Source of the DNA: Zygnema circumcarinatum SAG 698-1b
Lineage: Eukaryota; Plantae; Zygnematophyceae
Assembly: GCA_037447605.1 (NCBI GenBank)
Contig: CM074806.1
Span: forward strand, 682,001 to 746,000
DNA: 64,000 bases
Reading direction: 5' to 3'
Part shown: one piece after another, positions 25,934 through 44,494 of the stretch
Position numbering within the stretch: the stretch's first letter is position 1
Layout of the letters: every line of letters starts with the position of its first letter
Notes under the pieces: generated by a model
What the model was told of the DNA's origin: nothing
Seen by the model: only the letters and a program-made list of their open reading frames with translations
Databases searched by the model: none
Made by a program: the position numbers and the translations under genes

Positions 25934-28900
25934 GCAACCATTATTCTCATGAAACTGCGTCCACGGACCCCTCCGTGGCAGGTGCTGGCACGCTCGCCCT
26001 TCCTGACGGCGAGCAGCGCTTTCGCCAGCCTCGCGGTGGAGTGCTTCGACGCGCCCTTCGCCCTCAAGTGAGGGCCCCTCTCCTCTCTCTCCCTCCCTCC
26101 TGTTCTTCTCCTTTTTTTGTGGTTGTTGGGCTTCGTCCTCGTCTCTCTACTCCCCCCCTATCTCTCCGTTCTATCATCTCCGTTTCTCTCGCTTCCTCAC
26201 TCCGCCCCTCTCTGGCATCCTTGTTTCTTTGCTCAGCTTTCCCTCTATTTCTCGCAGTTCTATTCCTCCCTACTCCTCTTTGTCCCCTCACACTGTGCCT
26301 TCTTCCATTTTCCTTCCTCTACCGCCCTCTCCCAATCCTTTCCTTCCACTTCAATTTCTTCCCTCCACCGCCCACCCATTCTCTCCCCCGTACTCCCCTC
26401 GCCATCCTACCCTCTCTCCTTTCTTCCTTCCTGATTGGGTAACTTTCACCCATTTCTCTCCGTCCCATTCAATATCCCCTTCTCGCCACTCCTCTTGCCT
26501 TCCTCTCTCTGTTTTTGTAACGAAGAGGCGTTGCTCATGGAAGTTACCTCTGTGAATTAATTTCACCTTTCCTTTGTCTTTTTTTGTTTTGTTTTTCCGA
26601 CCAGCACCTTTGACCTACTGGAATACTATTTTCCGCCGTCACGAATAGTCTTTTCCAATGCTACCATTTCGGTGGAACCCTATTTGTACCTTTACAATCC
26701 TGTAAGCTGCACCACCAAAGCGCTAAATGCTCGAGCGCTAATTGCTCCACTCTGTGCTGATTGCAATGCTTTAGTATAAGAAGTAGATTTCATGTTATTT
26801 GGTCTTTACTCTTGACATTTGGCGCTCTCTATCCAGAGTGCATAGCCCATCAAACCCCTTTTCCTTAACCTATCTAACATTTGCCTCTGGTTACCTCCAT
26901 CGTTATCCTCCTCATGTCGAATATCTTTCGACATTTTTCCAATGCTTGCCACAAAACATAAAACCGTATTCACATCTTGTTCCTCGAGATTCTTATTCTT
27001 GTATGCACTCATTTTACCATGTCGTGGAGGGCTTGCTGGCAGGACCCAGATGGAGCACCAAATACGGTTTGTTTTACCGTACAGCCCAACGGACCGGCCA
27101 AAGATAAGAAACCCGGACTCGTACTCGGAGGTGAGAACGCATCTTTTTCTGTTGATGCCGAGTTTGCACATTCTGAGGAATTTTTCTATGTTACATTTTG
27201 CCCTGTCTCCGCAGCCATTCAGTTTTCTTGTTTTTAGGCTGAACAAGATCATCGGCATCGTATGATTCGAGAGTTCATGTGATGATGTATGAGGCAAAGG
27301 CAGTGATGTAATCATGAGATGATGTATGCAGCGTCTTGGCTCCGCAACAAGTACTTCCTACTCGACCGCGCAAATAAACGAATTTCGTGGTCAGTTGACA
27401 TAAATTGTGAGCAGCCTTTCCGATCTCCTCATTCCCTCTAACTCATCAATCCCATCTCATCTCCATTCATCGTCGAAGCTAAGTTCGTCCTGTTCGGCTC
27501 ACTCTCCCTTTAGAGCACTCTCAATGAAACTCACGCGAACTAGTAGGAATGTGAATCGAACTGCAGGCACGACTGGAGTAGAAATACTCTTCAACAACAC
27601 ATTCCGTCCAGAGTCACCCCCTCTTCCTCCTCGCAGTTCTCCTCCCCCAGCCCCTCCCAAGCAGCTTCCTCCTTCTCCTTCTCCTTCTCCTCTCTCTCTC
27701 CCTCCGCCTGTCCAAGCAGTGCCCTCCCCAGTCGGAAGTCCGACTGCTCCCCCAACAGAGGCCCCCACATCTCCTGCTTCCCCCCCCACCGGGATTCCAA
27801 CAGCACCAAGTCCTGTGTCTTTCCCGGCCTCTCCCTCTGTCTCTCCCTCTGTCTCTCCCTCTGTCTCTCCCGTTCTCTCCCCTTCCTCCTCTCCTGCCAT
27901 CTCTCCAAGTTCCCAAGGACCACCGCCCGCCTCCGCCGTACCCTCGTTTCCCCCACCGCAGATTGTCTCGTCTCCTATCGTAGCACCAACTCCTGCGGTC
28001 TTTGTGCCTGCTCCTCTCCCATCACCACTCTCACCTCCTCTCTCACCTACACTCTCACCTCTCCTCTCGCCTCCCGCATCCGCCCCATTACCCAACCCAC
28101 CTTCCGCCGACGCCCCCTCGCCGACTGTCGTAGCACCAGCTCCATCTCCTCTACCTCCTGTTGAATCCCCTCCTCCTCCAGCATCCCTGTCTTTCCCACC
28201 TCCCGTTTTGAACTCACTTCCACCATCAACACCTCCTCTCTCTCCTCCGCCATTTCCTTCCAGTGAAGCTCCTTCACCCTCACCAAACACCCCTTCGAAC
28301 CCCCCTTCATCCCCAGCCCCCTCTCCTTCCCCCGTTTCCTCCCCTCCCACCTTTCCCACCCCCTCCCCCTCACTTGTCTCGTCTCCCCTCCCCCCCCCCT
28401 CTCTCTCTCCCCCTCCACCCCTCTCCCCCTCCCTCTCCCCCTCTCCCTCTCCTTCCCCTCCCCCTCCAGCTACCGGCGAGAGCTGCCGTCCCTCCGCCGG
28501 CAGCTGCACCTTCTTCTTCGTGGGTTTCCAGGGCACTGTGCCCACATTCCCAGTGGCGGTAGCGGCGCAGGGCGACCGCGCTATCGGCACACGGCTGGGA
28601 GTCGCCCTTCCGGGGAAGTCTGCGTCTGTCACAGATGCCCACGCGGGGTCTGTTAGCTTCAGCTGTCCTCCCAACTCCACTTTGGCAGCAGACATGAGCA
28701 ACCAGTTCTATGTCGCTCAAGAGGTGACTTTTCCCGCCAACTCCTCTTTGTTGGTTTCCTTTCTCATAGCAGGTTGCAAAAAGCTGACTTCCTTCCCTTT
28801 ATCTCTCTCTCTCTCTCTCGCTCCTTTTCCCTTTCCCCCCCCCCCCTTCCCTCCCTCCCTCCCTGTCTCTCTGCCTTCGTCACTCCCCTCTCTAACCCCC

Positions 28901-29137
28901 CCTGGTTGAACCCCACTGACATCCGTGGAAAGGGCTGGTGGGGGCGTTCAGCTGGTCATGGTGAGATCGTTTCAGCGCGGAAGCAGCCTCTCTGATCTTG
29001 TGAAGAGCTACATCCACCTCCCCCTCACCTCAGTTCAGTTGCTCGTGGAGGGGCAGACTGTGAACCTCAACCCTGGAGATGGAAACATGGCCTTCCCAGA
29101 GGAGCAGCGCTGTCTTGACTTCAAGCTCACCTTGTAA
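23524..29137 (+). CDS. Secreted A1 (pepsin-like, nepenthesin/TAXi-type) aspartic protease fused to a Pro/Ser-rich extensin-like stalk and a C-terminal domain
   Basis: Signal peptide MAAMAAVLLALMGA. GYYLAVEVGTP..ADTGSDLLW (~24210-24290), CEYNYTYSDGS, GVAGLGRGALSLPSQL, second catalytic VLDTGT (~25465). SP/SPP-rich exon ~27570-28470. The 3' exon structure and stop (28995 or 29137) are uncertain. Confidence 0.8.
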
Positions 29138-30081
29138 CTGCTACAAGCCTGCGGCTGAGGCTTAAAGCGATTGTTTGTGCGCAAGGGTCAGTGGCAAATT
29201 TCGAATGCTTAGGATTCTTTCATTTTTCTGATTGCTTTAAGTGGTGCCCTTAGCCTGTGGGTCAATCACTAGGGCCACACCCAATCGTCCAGTACACGCA
29301 GTAAGGGGACCCTTGAAATAGAAACTTCCGTTTTGTCGCATATTAATCCCTGTTTATAGACACTGAAACTGCAGAATGAAGCATACATAGAAGCCCCCCT
29401 GTGCGCAAACTTGTTTGGAACGCTCTTTCTTATTTGACCTTTCTATTAACCTAAGCGGGTTTCTAAACACATCGTAAATATGCTTTTCTTAAGAAGTCAG
29501 TGCATGGCATGGCAAGGCATGGCATGGCACGGCAAGGCATGACTATGTGTACCGCAGATGATGAAGCAAGGACCTAACTTGGAGCAACTTAAATCGCCAC
29601 ATCAGAAATTCGAAGTCCCATTCAGCACAAACCCTAAAAGCAAGAGCAGCGCAGATGGACTCTCTCGGAGGGAAAGCTTAGTCTGCTCAGCCGCTAATTT
29701 TCAACTCTAAAAGGATTCAACACTCGAGATCTCTTTATTTCAACACATCTCCCTTTCACATGTCCTCGATACAACACTCTGCCCTTGCAGAGTCCACCAA
29801 ACAAGATCCACCTTCCGAGATTCACATGAGTTACCACTAGTGAGCCCTGCAGCCACTCTGTGGGTGGTTCAACCCTCCCATGCAAGCAAACTCCCGCCTT
29901 TCCTACCAAATAACCCTACTTGCCTTATTGCAAGGCGGGGGATTCACAGAACACCCTTCACCCTAATAAACACCTGTTCTCCTGCCCTTTCCCTCCTCCT
30001 CCCTCCTCCCTCTCCCCCCAACCCCCCCCCTCCCCCTCTCCCCCACATTCCCCACCCCCAAAAAAACAAAAATCTACCGTG

Positions 30082-32458
30082 TTAACTTGCGGTGTTTACG
30101 AGCTTCGGTCGGCCTGTTTGGGAGTCTACCTCCACCTTCAACCCTAATGCGCTAAGTTCCGGCACCTCCGCGCCTCCCTGCACCTCCAGCTCACTCAATT
30201 CCTTCTGGTTGGCTTCATTGCCCTCTAGAAGGTTCCGTACAGCGAAGAAAGCCCATTCTCGGAGGTACGGATTCGGCTCATCTCGCACACACTGCTGCAG
30301 GACCAAAAGGAGAGACCCGCTCTCCCGAACCAAATCCTGCACTGCTTTCTGCCGGTAGCTCGCGTTTGCGATTATTGCCACCAAGTCTCTGCGATATCCG
30401 ATATAAAAACTTGTCTTTGGAAACGGACCGGAGGGTTCAGAAGAGAGCCCCGAACCTGTCGGAGGGGGGAGATTGCGCAAGAGGTCGAGTGCGAGAGAGA
30501 CTACCCCTTGAAGAGAAGAAGTTGCATACCCGGCTTCCCCTGCATCACTGTTCAGTTTAACACAAACCTCACGTAGTAAACCTAGAGTGGATCGGAGCAC
30601 CCGACCAGGAATTCCTCCTTGCTCTTCTAAAGGAGATTGTTTGCCGACTTCCAACGCTGCAAGCTTTGCAGTCGAGTGCAAAAAGGTCAAAGTTTCTACT
30701 TGGAGAGTCTCACTCCATGGCTCCACTGAAGACACAATGGGGCCTCCTCCTCCTTCCTCCTTCCCATCATTCGCAGAGTCAAGCTGTGGCTGCTTCTCTC
30801 GCAGCTCTACTCCTTTCCACTGCTGCTGTGAGAGGGAGGTTCGCATGCAAGCGAGGAGAGCAGCTTGCTCTGCACAAAATTCTCGGCTCTCATTGACCTT
30901 ATCTTGAAGCAGCCTCGCAGAAGTGAGGCGGGGAAACAGAGACGGCAAATACCCCTTCCGCACGCACGTGTACTCCACCAGAAACTCCAGCCACTCGTTT
31001 TCTTGCTGCAGATTAGTATCCGAACTCTCGGCTCCGCCATCTGCATTCCCGCCGATCGCAGCAAAACGTACAAAAACGTGACCTTTCAAAATTGCTTTTC
31101 AACACCTAATCAAAACCACAAGCATCGACAATCCTAATCAATCTGTACCCTGAGAAACTCAGCACAAAGGCAACAGCAGTTCCAACAAGAAAGCAGCCTT
31201 TAACTTGGCCTAACCCGCAATTAGGGTTAGCTCACAAAACGTGAAGAAGCGTACCGGAAGATGTTAATGCCGCTGCCGACGAAGCTGCCAACACTGCGGA
31301 AAAGAGAAACACGCCTTCCACCTTCCTCATCAAGTCCTGTGCTCGCTTGCTGTCGTCTCTGCAGCACGTGTACACCACCATGCAGAGGGGGCCCTGCACC
31401 TCCAGGCTGCGCACTGCCGCAAGCCGCAGCAGCGTTCCCGGAAAGCAGCGTTCCCAAACTGCACTCTGATTCACAGGGCTGCCACTGCAGCAGTTTCCGA
31501 GAAGCTGCAAAATGGCCCGCAAAGTGTCGACAATATGCTGTGGAGGAGTTATGGCTGCCGGAAGCACAGGAAGCTGCGGAGCCGTCGGTCCTTTCGAGGC
31601 GGAAGGTAAGGGAGAGGGCGCAGGTGACTGCTGGGCCGCGAAAGGCGACAAGGGGGCGGGATTTGAAGCGGAGAAGGCGCCATTAGGGTTAGCGGAGGAG
31701 ATCGCCAGAGTGAGGGGAACGCCTGCAAGTTTGGCGCTGGAGAGGGAGCGGCGGGCGAAGAGAGAGGAGCGGGAGGGGCGCGGGACGGGGGCGGAGGAGG
31801 AAGAGAGAAAAGCCCCTCCCTCTGCGAGAGGAGAGGAGGAAGCACCTTGCGCCGAGGACGCCCTTGTGCTCGCAGCTGCTGCGTCTCCTCCTCCAAGGCT
31901 CAAGCTCTCGACTTGCTGCAGCAAGTCCTTCGAAGGAACGCCCGCGTCAGGGAGGCGGCCATGGCTGCCATCCGCTGCCCCTCCCACTCCCTCTCCTCCC
32001 TCCGTCCTCCCTCCCGCCATGGAGTGCACGTGAGCTGTAATGAGGCGATCGGCCATGGTGGCCACGGCGTCGTGCGCGCCGCAGAAGAGGAAGGCGTCCT
32101 GGTTGGGCGCCATGCCCGCGCAGAGGTTGCGGAGGATGCGGAGGAGCAGGAGGAGGGGCTCCAGGGAGGCGGGGCTCTCGGGGACGGAGGGGAGAGGGAG
32201 GGGTCGGGAGGGAGGGGGGCCCTCCTCATCGCCGCGGAGAGTGCCACGGAGGGCGGCGCAGGGCTGCGAGAGGTTCGGGATGAGGCTCGCCAGGCGCTCC
32301 ACGCCCAGGAAGGCGCCGAGGCTCTCCCGACCTTCAGGCTCGGCAGAGCGCTGCAGAAGCTGGGAGAGCACGAGGTGGAGGGGCTCCACAGACTGCGGGT
32401 CCGCGCGTGCGAAGAGGGGCGCTTGCTGCTCCGCCGCGAAGAGGAGCTCCTCGTCCAT
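30082..32458 (-). CDS. ATXN10: Ataxin-10 family ARM-repeat protein; 2 exons
   Basis: Exons 32458-31255 and 31040-30082. LRILRNLCAG..NQDAF near the N-terminus. C-terminal Atx10 signature GYRRDLVAIIAN..VQDLVR..LQQCVRDEPNPYLREWAFFAVRNLLEGNEANQ. Confidence 0.9.
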
Positions 32459-33745
32459 GGCGGCGATGGGGCGGGCGGGAGGGAGGGAGGGAGGCAGGCA
32501 GGGAGGAAGGCAGGGAGGGGAGGGAGGGAGGGAAGGGCCGGAAAAGGTCGAGCGCAGGGAGCCGAATATCTCATGCATGCATGCGGACGGGCGGACGGGC
32601 GGGCGGGCGGGCGGGCGAGGGCATGGGCATGCATGGGCATGGGAGGCATGCCATCGCATGCTCAGAGTCAGCGGCACATTGCGGCCAACCGTAGTTGCGC
32701 ATGACGTCATGGAGCCAAGTACGGCAGGCTACCGATGACGTCAACTGACATTAGCCGTCAAAGTTTAAATTTGCGCATGGTTGAGGTTCGAATTCAAGTG
32801 TCAGCATGACGTCATTATCACAAGATCTAGTTTTACCAAATGAGAAAATTTTGGTTAAAATCTGTGATCTGATAAGAATCTCTAACCTTACAAACCGAAT
32901 CTATGACAGCCAATCAGAAAACGATTAATCAGCACATGTCATTGCCACGTCAGCTTACATAAACAACATCCAATCTTGGTGCGTATCTGACAGCTGTCGT
33001 ATGTTGTCTCCCAGGGTTCTGGAACTCCGGACTGACAGTCGCAGGTGTGAATCTCGTCCGTACAGATCGCCCGGCTCCAAGATTGCTATAATCGTTCGGG
33101 TGGCCTCCCCCGCAGCGCAAGCAGACAAACTGGAGCGGAAGGGCGGGCGGGCGGGCGGGTGGGCGGGTGGGCAATTGGACCAACCATTGAAATGGCTGCA
33201 TGTAGCAACCATTGGCTGACGACCCAGCCAAACCAAGTCCAAGCTCGTTCCATGTGGAAAGGACTCGAAATTGGTCGACGGAGATGCCGCCAAATACTGT
33301 GACATGAAAGCCGCCCAATAACATGCCGTTCCATGTCGTCTAAATTTTCTCCAACCCGTTTTAGTCCCGACACGGATAGAACCAGATCCTCTGACCCGTA
33401 CGGCGGCCCTCCCATTGGCTCAGCGCCAGGCTAACACCCCGTAGGTCGTACGGCCTCGGCTGCTTCCTCAGCCTCCGCTTGTCCCCTTCCGTCCGTAGGT
33501 CGGTGCGCCCTTCTGTGGCCCACCGCCATCCGTACGGCGGCCTTCCCCGCCTCCCTCCTGCCACCACGTGTCCGCCCGCCAGTGGCCGCACAAAAACGGA
33601 TACGGTACAAAAAATCCTCTCGTGTGAACACCCTCTTTTCGAGACACTTCCAGTCCCCTTGCGGAAAATTTTTAGGGTTCTCAGTGAACCCCTACATTTG
33701 GCGGCTTTCTCTCCTCTCCGCTGCGAGCTCCGGTCCACGGCCGCC

Positions 33746-36700
33746 ATGGCTACCTCCTGCGCCCTCCCGACGGCCTCCCCCGTCTCCATGGGAGCTCAGA
33801 CCAGCCGGGAAAAGAGATCCCGCACCGCTACAGCCGCAGCTTCCAGCCACGTGTCTCTCCCCGCGCGATCCGTGCGGCTGCCCTCGTCCAAGGCGTCCAT
33901 CAGCTCGTCAGAGTCACTTCTCGCAGGATGGCGGGTGGCGAGGGAGGAGGGATCCATGACTGCGTCCTCTTCCAAAAGGGCCCTTCCCCCCGTCCGGGCT
34001 GCTGCTGCAGGAGCTGCAGTTCCGGCTCCAACGCCAGGTGTCGCTCTCTCTGTGCCCAAGTGGAAGGGCGCGGCTCTGAAGCCTCTGGCCGCCATGATCG
34101 GGACAGGTGTCTTCTTCTGGCTCCTTCCCGCGCCGCAGGGGGTCACCGCCAAGGCGTGGCACCTCCTCGCCATCTTTTTGGCGACCATTGTGGGGATCAT
34201 CACGCAGGTGAACCCTATTTTTTTGCACTATTTTTTGGCGCTTTTGAGAGCTTGCTGCCAAAGGAGGGGCCTTTAGGGCAGTCGCATGTCTGTTTACCGC
34301 CTAACCCGTGTCACCTGTTCGGAGGTGGCAGCCATTGCCGCTCGGAGCTGTGGCTCTAATGGGGCTCGGCGTCTGCGTCCTCACTAAGACGCTCACATTT
34401 GCCGCCGCATTCAGGTCGGTTGTGATGGACCCACTTTATGTAGCTGCTTATGATTTTTGTGCGTTTTTTTTTTTTTTTTTTTTGTTTTTGAAGCCGGTGA
34501 CCACGAGCGCTAACTTTTTTTAATCCTTTCCTTATTGTAGTGCCTTTGGCGACCCCATTCCATGGCTCATTGCGCTCGCTTTCTTCTTCGCAAAAGGTTT
34601 TATCAAGACCGGTCTCGGCAACCGTGTTGCTTACCAGGTGACAAATAATACTATTGTCTCGTTCGTTACGTCTCGTCTTTTCGATTGTAACTCCCTTGCG
34701 CACTGATAATTGACTTACCCGTCACTCCATCGAATATCCTAAGTTTGACATTGATTTGGTTTCTTCCTTTTTTGGCATTCAGTTTGTGGCGCTGTTTGGA
34801 AGCACGAGCCTGGGCTTGGGCTACAGCCTTGTTCTCAGTGAGGCCATTTTGGCCCCTGCAATTCCCTCCGTTTCCGCTCGGGCAGGCGGAATTTTCCTTC
34901 CTCTCGTGAAGGCTCTCTGCATCGCCTGCGGGAGCAAAGCTGGAGATGGGACAGAGAAGAAGCTCGGAGCGTGGCTCATGCTCACCTGCTTCCAGGTAAA
35001 ATTTGAAAAATCGCAGAATCTCAACCGTATGCAACTTAATTTCACCGTTGTTCGTTTCCTATGTACGCAGTTGCCGTCATTTCACATTTCCGTGCCTTTC
35101 GTCGCATAATGTCTGAAGCCCTATTGACTTAGAACAGCTTTGGTTTCTGTTACTGAATTTTGGACGTCTTTTGCTGCTGAATGTATTTTATTCCGTCCCC
35201 TTCTCTCCTTTCCTCCAACCCCTTCTTTTTTTGGAAATTAAATGTTGTGGTCTATTGGTGTGCCGTTTATGCAGACATCAGTGGTGTCCTCCGCCATGTT
35301 TTTGACAGCCATGGCTGCAAATCCTCTTAGCGCAAACTTGGCATTTAGCGCAATCGGGAAGACCATCGGCTGGACGGATTGGGCCATTGCGGCTTCGGTT
35401 CCAGGTGCGAACGCGTCTTTTTTCAGCCTGCTTATCTGCGTGTTGTTAGTAGAGGTCAGTCGTATGCATGTGCTTACTCAAGAGAAAGGAAAAGCAGAAC
35501 AAGAAAGATTAAAACTTAGGACAAGTAGCTTTCGCCTCCTGGAATGACGAAACGTGCTTGATCAACTTAGTCAACTTACTTTTATTTGCTTATTTTTTAT
35601 GATATTTGCAGGTGTGATCAGTCTGCTCGTGATCCCTCTCTTGCTGTACACTCTTTACCCTCCTGAAGTAAAGAACAGCCCTGACGCTCCCAAACTCGCC
35701 AAAGAGAATTTGGAGAAGATGGGTCCCATGACTACCGATGAGAAGATCATGGCGGTGGTTCTGTTCGTCACGGTAATCCCTCGCTCTATTACTTTCGCTC
35801 CCCTTACCTATCTCTTTTGTCTGTCAGTTTCAGTTGCCTCCAGCCTCTCCAACGGCCCTCTCCCTACTCATACAGCACGAGCTGCGGTTACTCGCCGTAC
35901 TCGCCTTACTGTCCGTCTGTAAAGACCCATCAGCAGGAACTCCATTTTTCATACAATATTTCGCCTGTATTTCACTTCTTTCTGCTCTCTTTCTGCTGAT
36001 TTGCTCTGTCTCTGCTGCATGTATCGCAGGTGGGTCTGTGGATATTCGGCAGCATGATCAAGGTGGACGCTGTGACTGCCGCCATCATTGGGCTGTCTGC
36101 TCTCCTCATCACGGGAGTGGTGACGTGGAAGGAGTGTCTGCTAGAGAGCGTGGCGTGGGACACTCTCACATGGTTCGCCGCTCTCATAGCCATGGCCAAC
36201 TACTTGAAGGTGTACGGCCTCATCACTTGGTTCAGCGAGACAGTGGTGCAGGTCAGAATTTTCGCCTCTTCTTCTTTGTTTCTTATTCATGAACAAAATT
36301 AGGGTTATGGATGCTTCTCTTTTAACAACCCGTCGACTTCAGACATCCTTTGCGTCCTTTTTCCTATAGAATAAAAACCCTAACTGCTGAAATCCCCACA
36401 ACCCCTACAGGTGGTGAGTGGGCTCGGCCTCCCATGGCAGCCGGCTTTCGGAATTTTGGTCCTCCTCTACTTCTACTCCCACTACTTCTTCGCTTCTGGA
36501 GCCGCCCACATTGGGGCTATGTACACAGGCTTCCTCTCTGTGGCCACAGCCCTGGGGACCCCTCCTCTCCTGGGGGCCCTCGCGCTGGCTTTCCTCTCGA
36601 ACTTGATGGGGGGAATCACGCACTACGGAATCGGATCGGGCCCTCCGTTTTACGGAGCCAACTACGTGTCGTTGAACGACTGGTGGTTCTATGGGTTCAT

Positions 36701-36776
36701 TTGCAGCGTGGTGAATCTGGTCATTTGGCTCGGAGTCGGAGGAGTCTGGTGGAAGTTTCTCGGATTGTGGGGCTAA
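33746..36776 (+). CDS. DIT1: Plastid 2-oxoglutarate/malate translocator (DASS family), multi-exon
   Basis: Ser/Ala-rich transit peptide. Motifs AWHLLAIFLATIVGIITQPLPLGAV, AFGDPIPWLIALAFFF, APAIPSVSARAGGIFLPLVK, SSAMFLTAMAANPL, YFFASGAAHIGAM, THYGIGSGPPFYGANYV, GGVWWKFLGLW. Confidence 0.95.
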
Positions 36777-38809
36777 GGTGAAGTTATTCGCTTTGCTTGA
36801 TTGTTTATGATAAGCGATTTCGAGAGAGGGGGAGAGGGAGAGAGAGGGGAAGAAAGGGGGACAGAGAGGGAGAGAAAGAGAGAGAGAGAGAGAGAGGCGT
36901 AGGTAGCGTTGCCCTCTATTCTTTGCTGGTATAGAGCTGAGGTAGTCCTTCAAAAGAGAAGGGATAGTTCTGAAAATTCGAAAATACATTTTTGCTACGT
37001 GAAGCAGTTTAACGGAGTTACGGGAATGGTAGGAGACATGGAGATGGGTTTAGGGTTAGGGCGTAGGGTTCAAGGGGGGCATCTAAATGCTCCTTCTCAA
37101 CAGAAAAGAAAAGTGAAAAAAAAATGGTGGCTCAAACTTTCTACACGTCTTAAAAATGTGCTGTTGTTCGAATATGTCAAAATTTGGTCAAGAATTGCTT
37201 TTGTTTCATGGAAAAAAAGACCAGAAATTTGTGACTTAAACATAATTTAAAGACTTGGTAATGTTAGGTTTAGGGTCAGAACAACGATCAGGACCAAGTC
37301 ACCATTAAGGTTAGAGTCAGGCGACCGAGCCCTACGATAAGCGATGGAGATATCCTTCGAGTGAACGCTAAGGTTAGACTTTAGAGAAGCTCCTTTCCTC
37401 GCCTGACTCTCTCCCCGCCCCCTCTCCGCCACGCTCGCACTGTCTCTTCTCCCTCCTGTCCTCCTTCCCTCCCTCCCTCCCTCCCTCCCTCCCTCCCTCC
37501 CNNNNNNNNNNATCCCTCCCTCCCTCCCTCCCTCCCTCCCTCCCTCCCCCCACCACGCATAACCCCCACCCATGCCCTCACCATATTCTACTTAGCGTAC
37601 CGTCCGCCCTCTCCCCTTCCGCGGACATCGAGAGCAGTGGGCACCAAATTCACTTCAAATTTGCGGCAACCCGCCATCCGTTTCCATGCTGTGTTTACAT
37701 CTCAGCTGGAACTGCACACGGAACAGAGCGTAACGGCAAAAACCAGCTAAGCCTGGCGTCATTTGGAGCCAGAAACAGAACTGCGTGAGCAGCCCATCGC
37801 ATAGAACGACACGGCCGAAACTTGGGTCAACTTCGGATCGACCCGAGATTCGCCGTATTCCACTTGCCGCCCACCCCAAGATTTGACAGCTTGTGTATGT
37901 ACAAACTGGATCTACTTCGTACAGTGTTGTCTGTACGACGTATCTGAATTCCGGATCAGCCGACGTGGCGTTACTGGCTTGAGGTCGCGACAAAAAGTGG
38001 AGGACCGTTTGTACACTTTTGTGCGACGCCAGCGGACAAATCTCGTCTGTCCGCTAGCGCCTGCCGCCCCTTGGGCGGTATGTGCAAGACCTGTACGAAT
38101 GGGAATTATTGGACGGGCGTTTCAGCCAATCAAAGCCTTTCATACGTTCGCACTTCCGGACAAATCCTCCTCATCATTGCGTCCAAAGATGACAGCTGTC
38201 TGAGTAACGAAGCGCTCATACGGTCTGTCCTTTCCAAACTCCGTACACCCTTTGACCGGAATGAGAGTCTTCCCTGACGGGGACCAGCTAACGACAAGCG
38301 TTTGTACATCTTGGACTGTAGAGGATGCCGTCCCGAAAAAAAGGAAATCCCCGTGGTCGGCAAAAACGACAAAACTCTGACGTTCCTACTTAAAGAAGAC
38401 TAGGTCGGTGTAGGACCGCAGAGTGACGTCACCACCCTTTCGTACGACTAACAGGACCTGCGGAAAACTTGGCCGCACCTGCCAGCCGTCTGCCAGCTCA
38501 TTTAATAAGACAAAGCCAGAAGGACACCTCACTGGCGGCTTTCGTACCGGAGGAACTCTACGAACTCGTAAATTTTGTCGGTTAGGGGAACAGTGCCTTG
38601 CGACAAGTGAGTACGGTCCGAGCCGCGGTCTCCGGCGCCGCCCAATGCCCCCGCCCGGGAGGGCGGGCGGCGGGCTTTAATGGGCGGCGGAGGGAGGGGG
38701 CGGCGCCTGCCCATGTTCGTGTTCATGTTCATGTTCATGTTGTTCATTCGCAAGGCCGCGGTTCCAGGTTGTACGTTCTGCTGCTCGAAGCCGCTTCATG
38801 TGCCTATGG

Positions 38810-38930
38810 ACGAGGCCATGGGGCCCATGTGGCCATAGGGCCATCAGGCGATGGGCCCATGAGACCATCAGGCCATGGGGCTTTGAGTCCATGGGGCCAT
38901 GGGGCCATGAGCCCATGGGGCCATGGGTGC
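38810..38930. repeat. CCATGG/GGGCCAT-rich low-complexity repeat
   Basis: Repeated ggggccatg / gcccatgggg units. Confidence 0.7.
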
Positions 38931-39314
38931 TTGAGATGTAGCAATGTTCAGCTCGCATGCACATCTCAGCCGACATTTAGGGTTTGAAGCGGCCACATTC
39001 ACACAGTCCACCTCCAACACGCAACGAAGTGAGTCTCGAAACGGCGTGGTACTAGACAAGTGGTCTCATATTACACATTAAATATAATGGGCACACAAAT
39101 AAGAGCAACAATAAGTACACTGCGCTACATGGGGACATGCCCCTCTCCTCTCCTCTCTCTCCCTCCCACATCTTCCCAGACCTGTTACCGCGTGCCACAT
39201 GCAGGCAGCAACAGACCGCCGGCACCCCGCCAGCTCACTGCGTGGGAGACTCCGAACGGCCCAATACAAACTATCTCCTCTCTCTACTTCTCCTCGCGCT
39301 CTGCCTCCCCTCCC

Positions 39315-44494
<5,180 letters not shown>

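Noticed and set aside
27499-28701. 400-aa Gly/Glu-rich antisense ORF
   Set aside because: Shadow of the Pro/Ser-rich sense exon; repeat codons lack stops on the opposite strand.
32770-32805. GGTTCGAATTC resembling a tRNA T-arm
   Set aside because: No acceptor stem, D-arm or anticodon arm can be folded around it.
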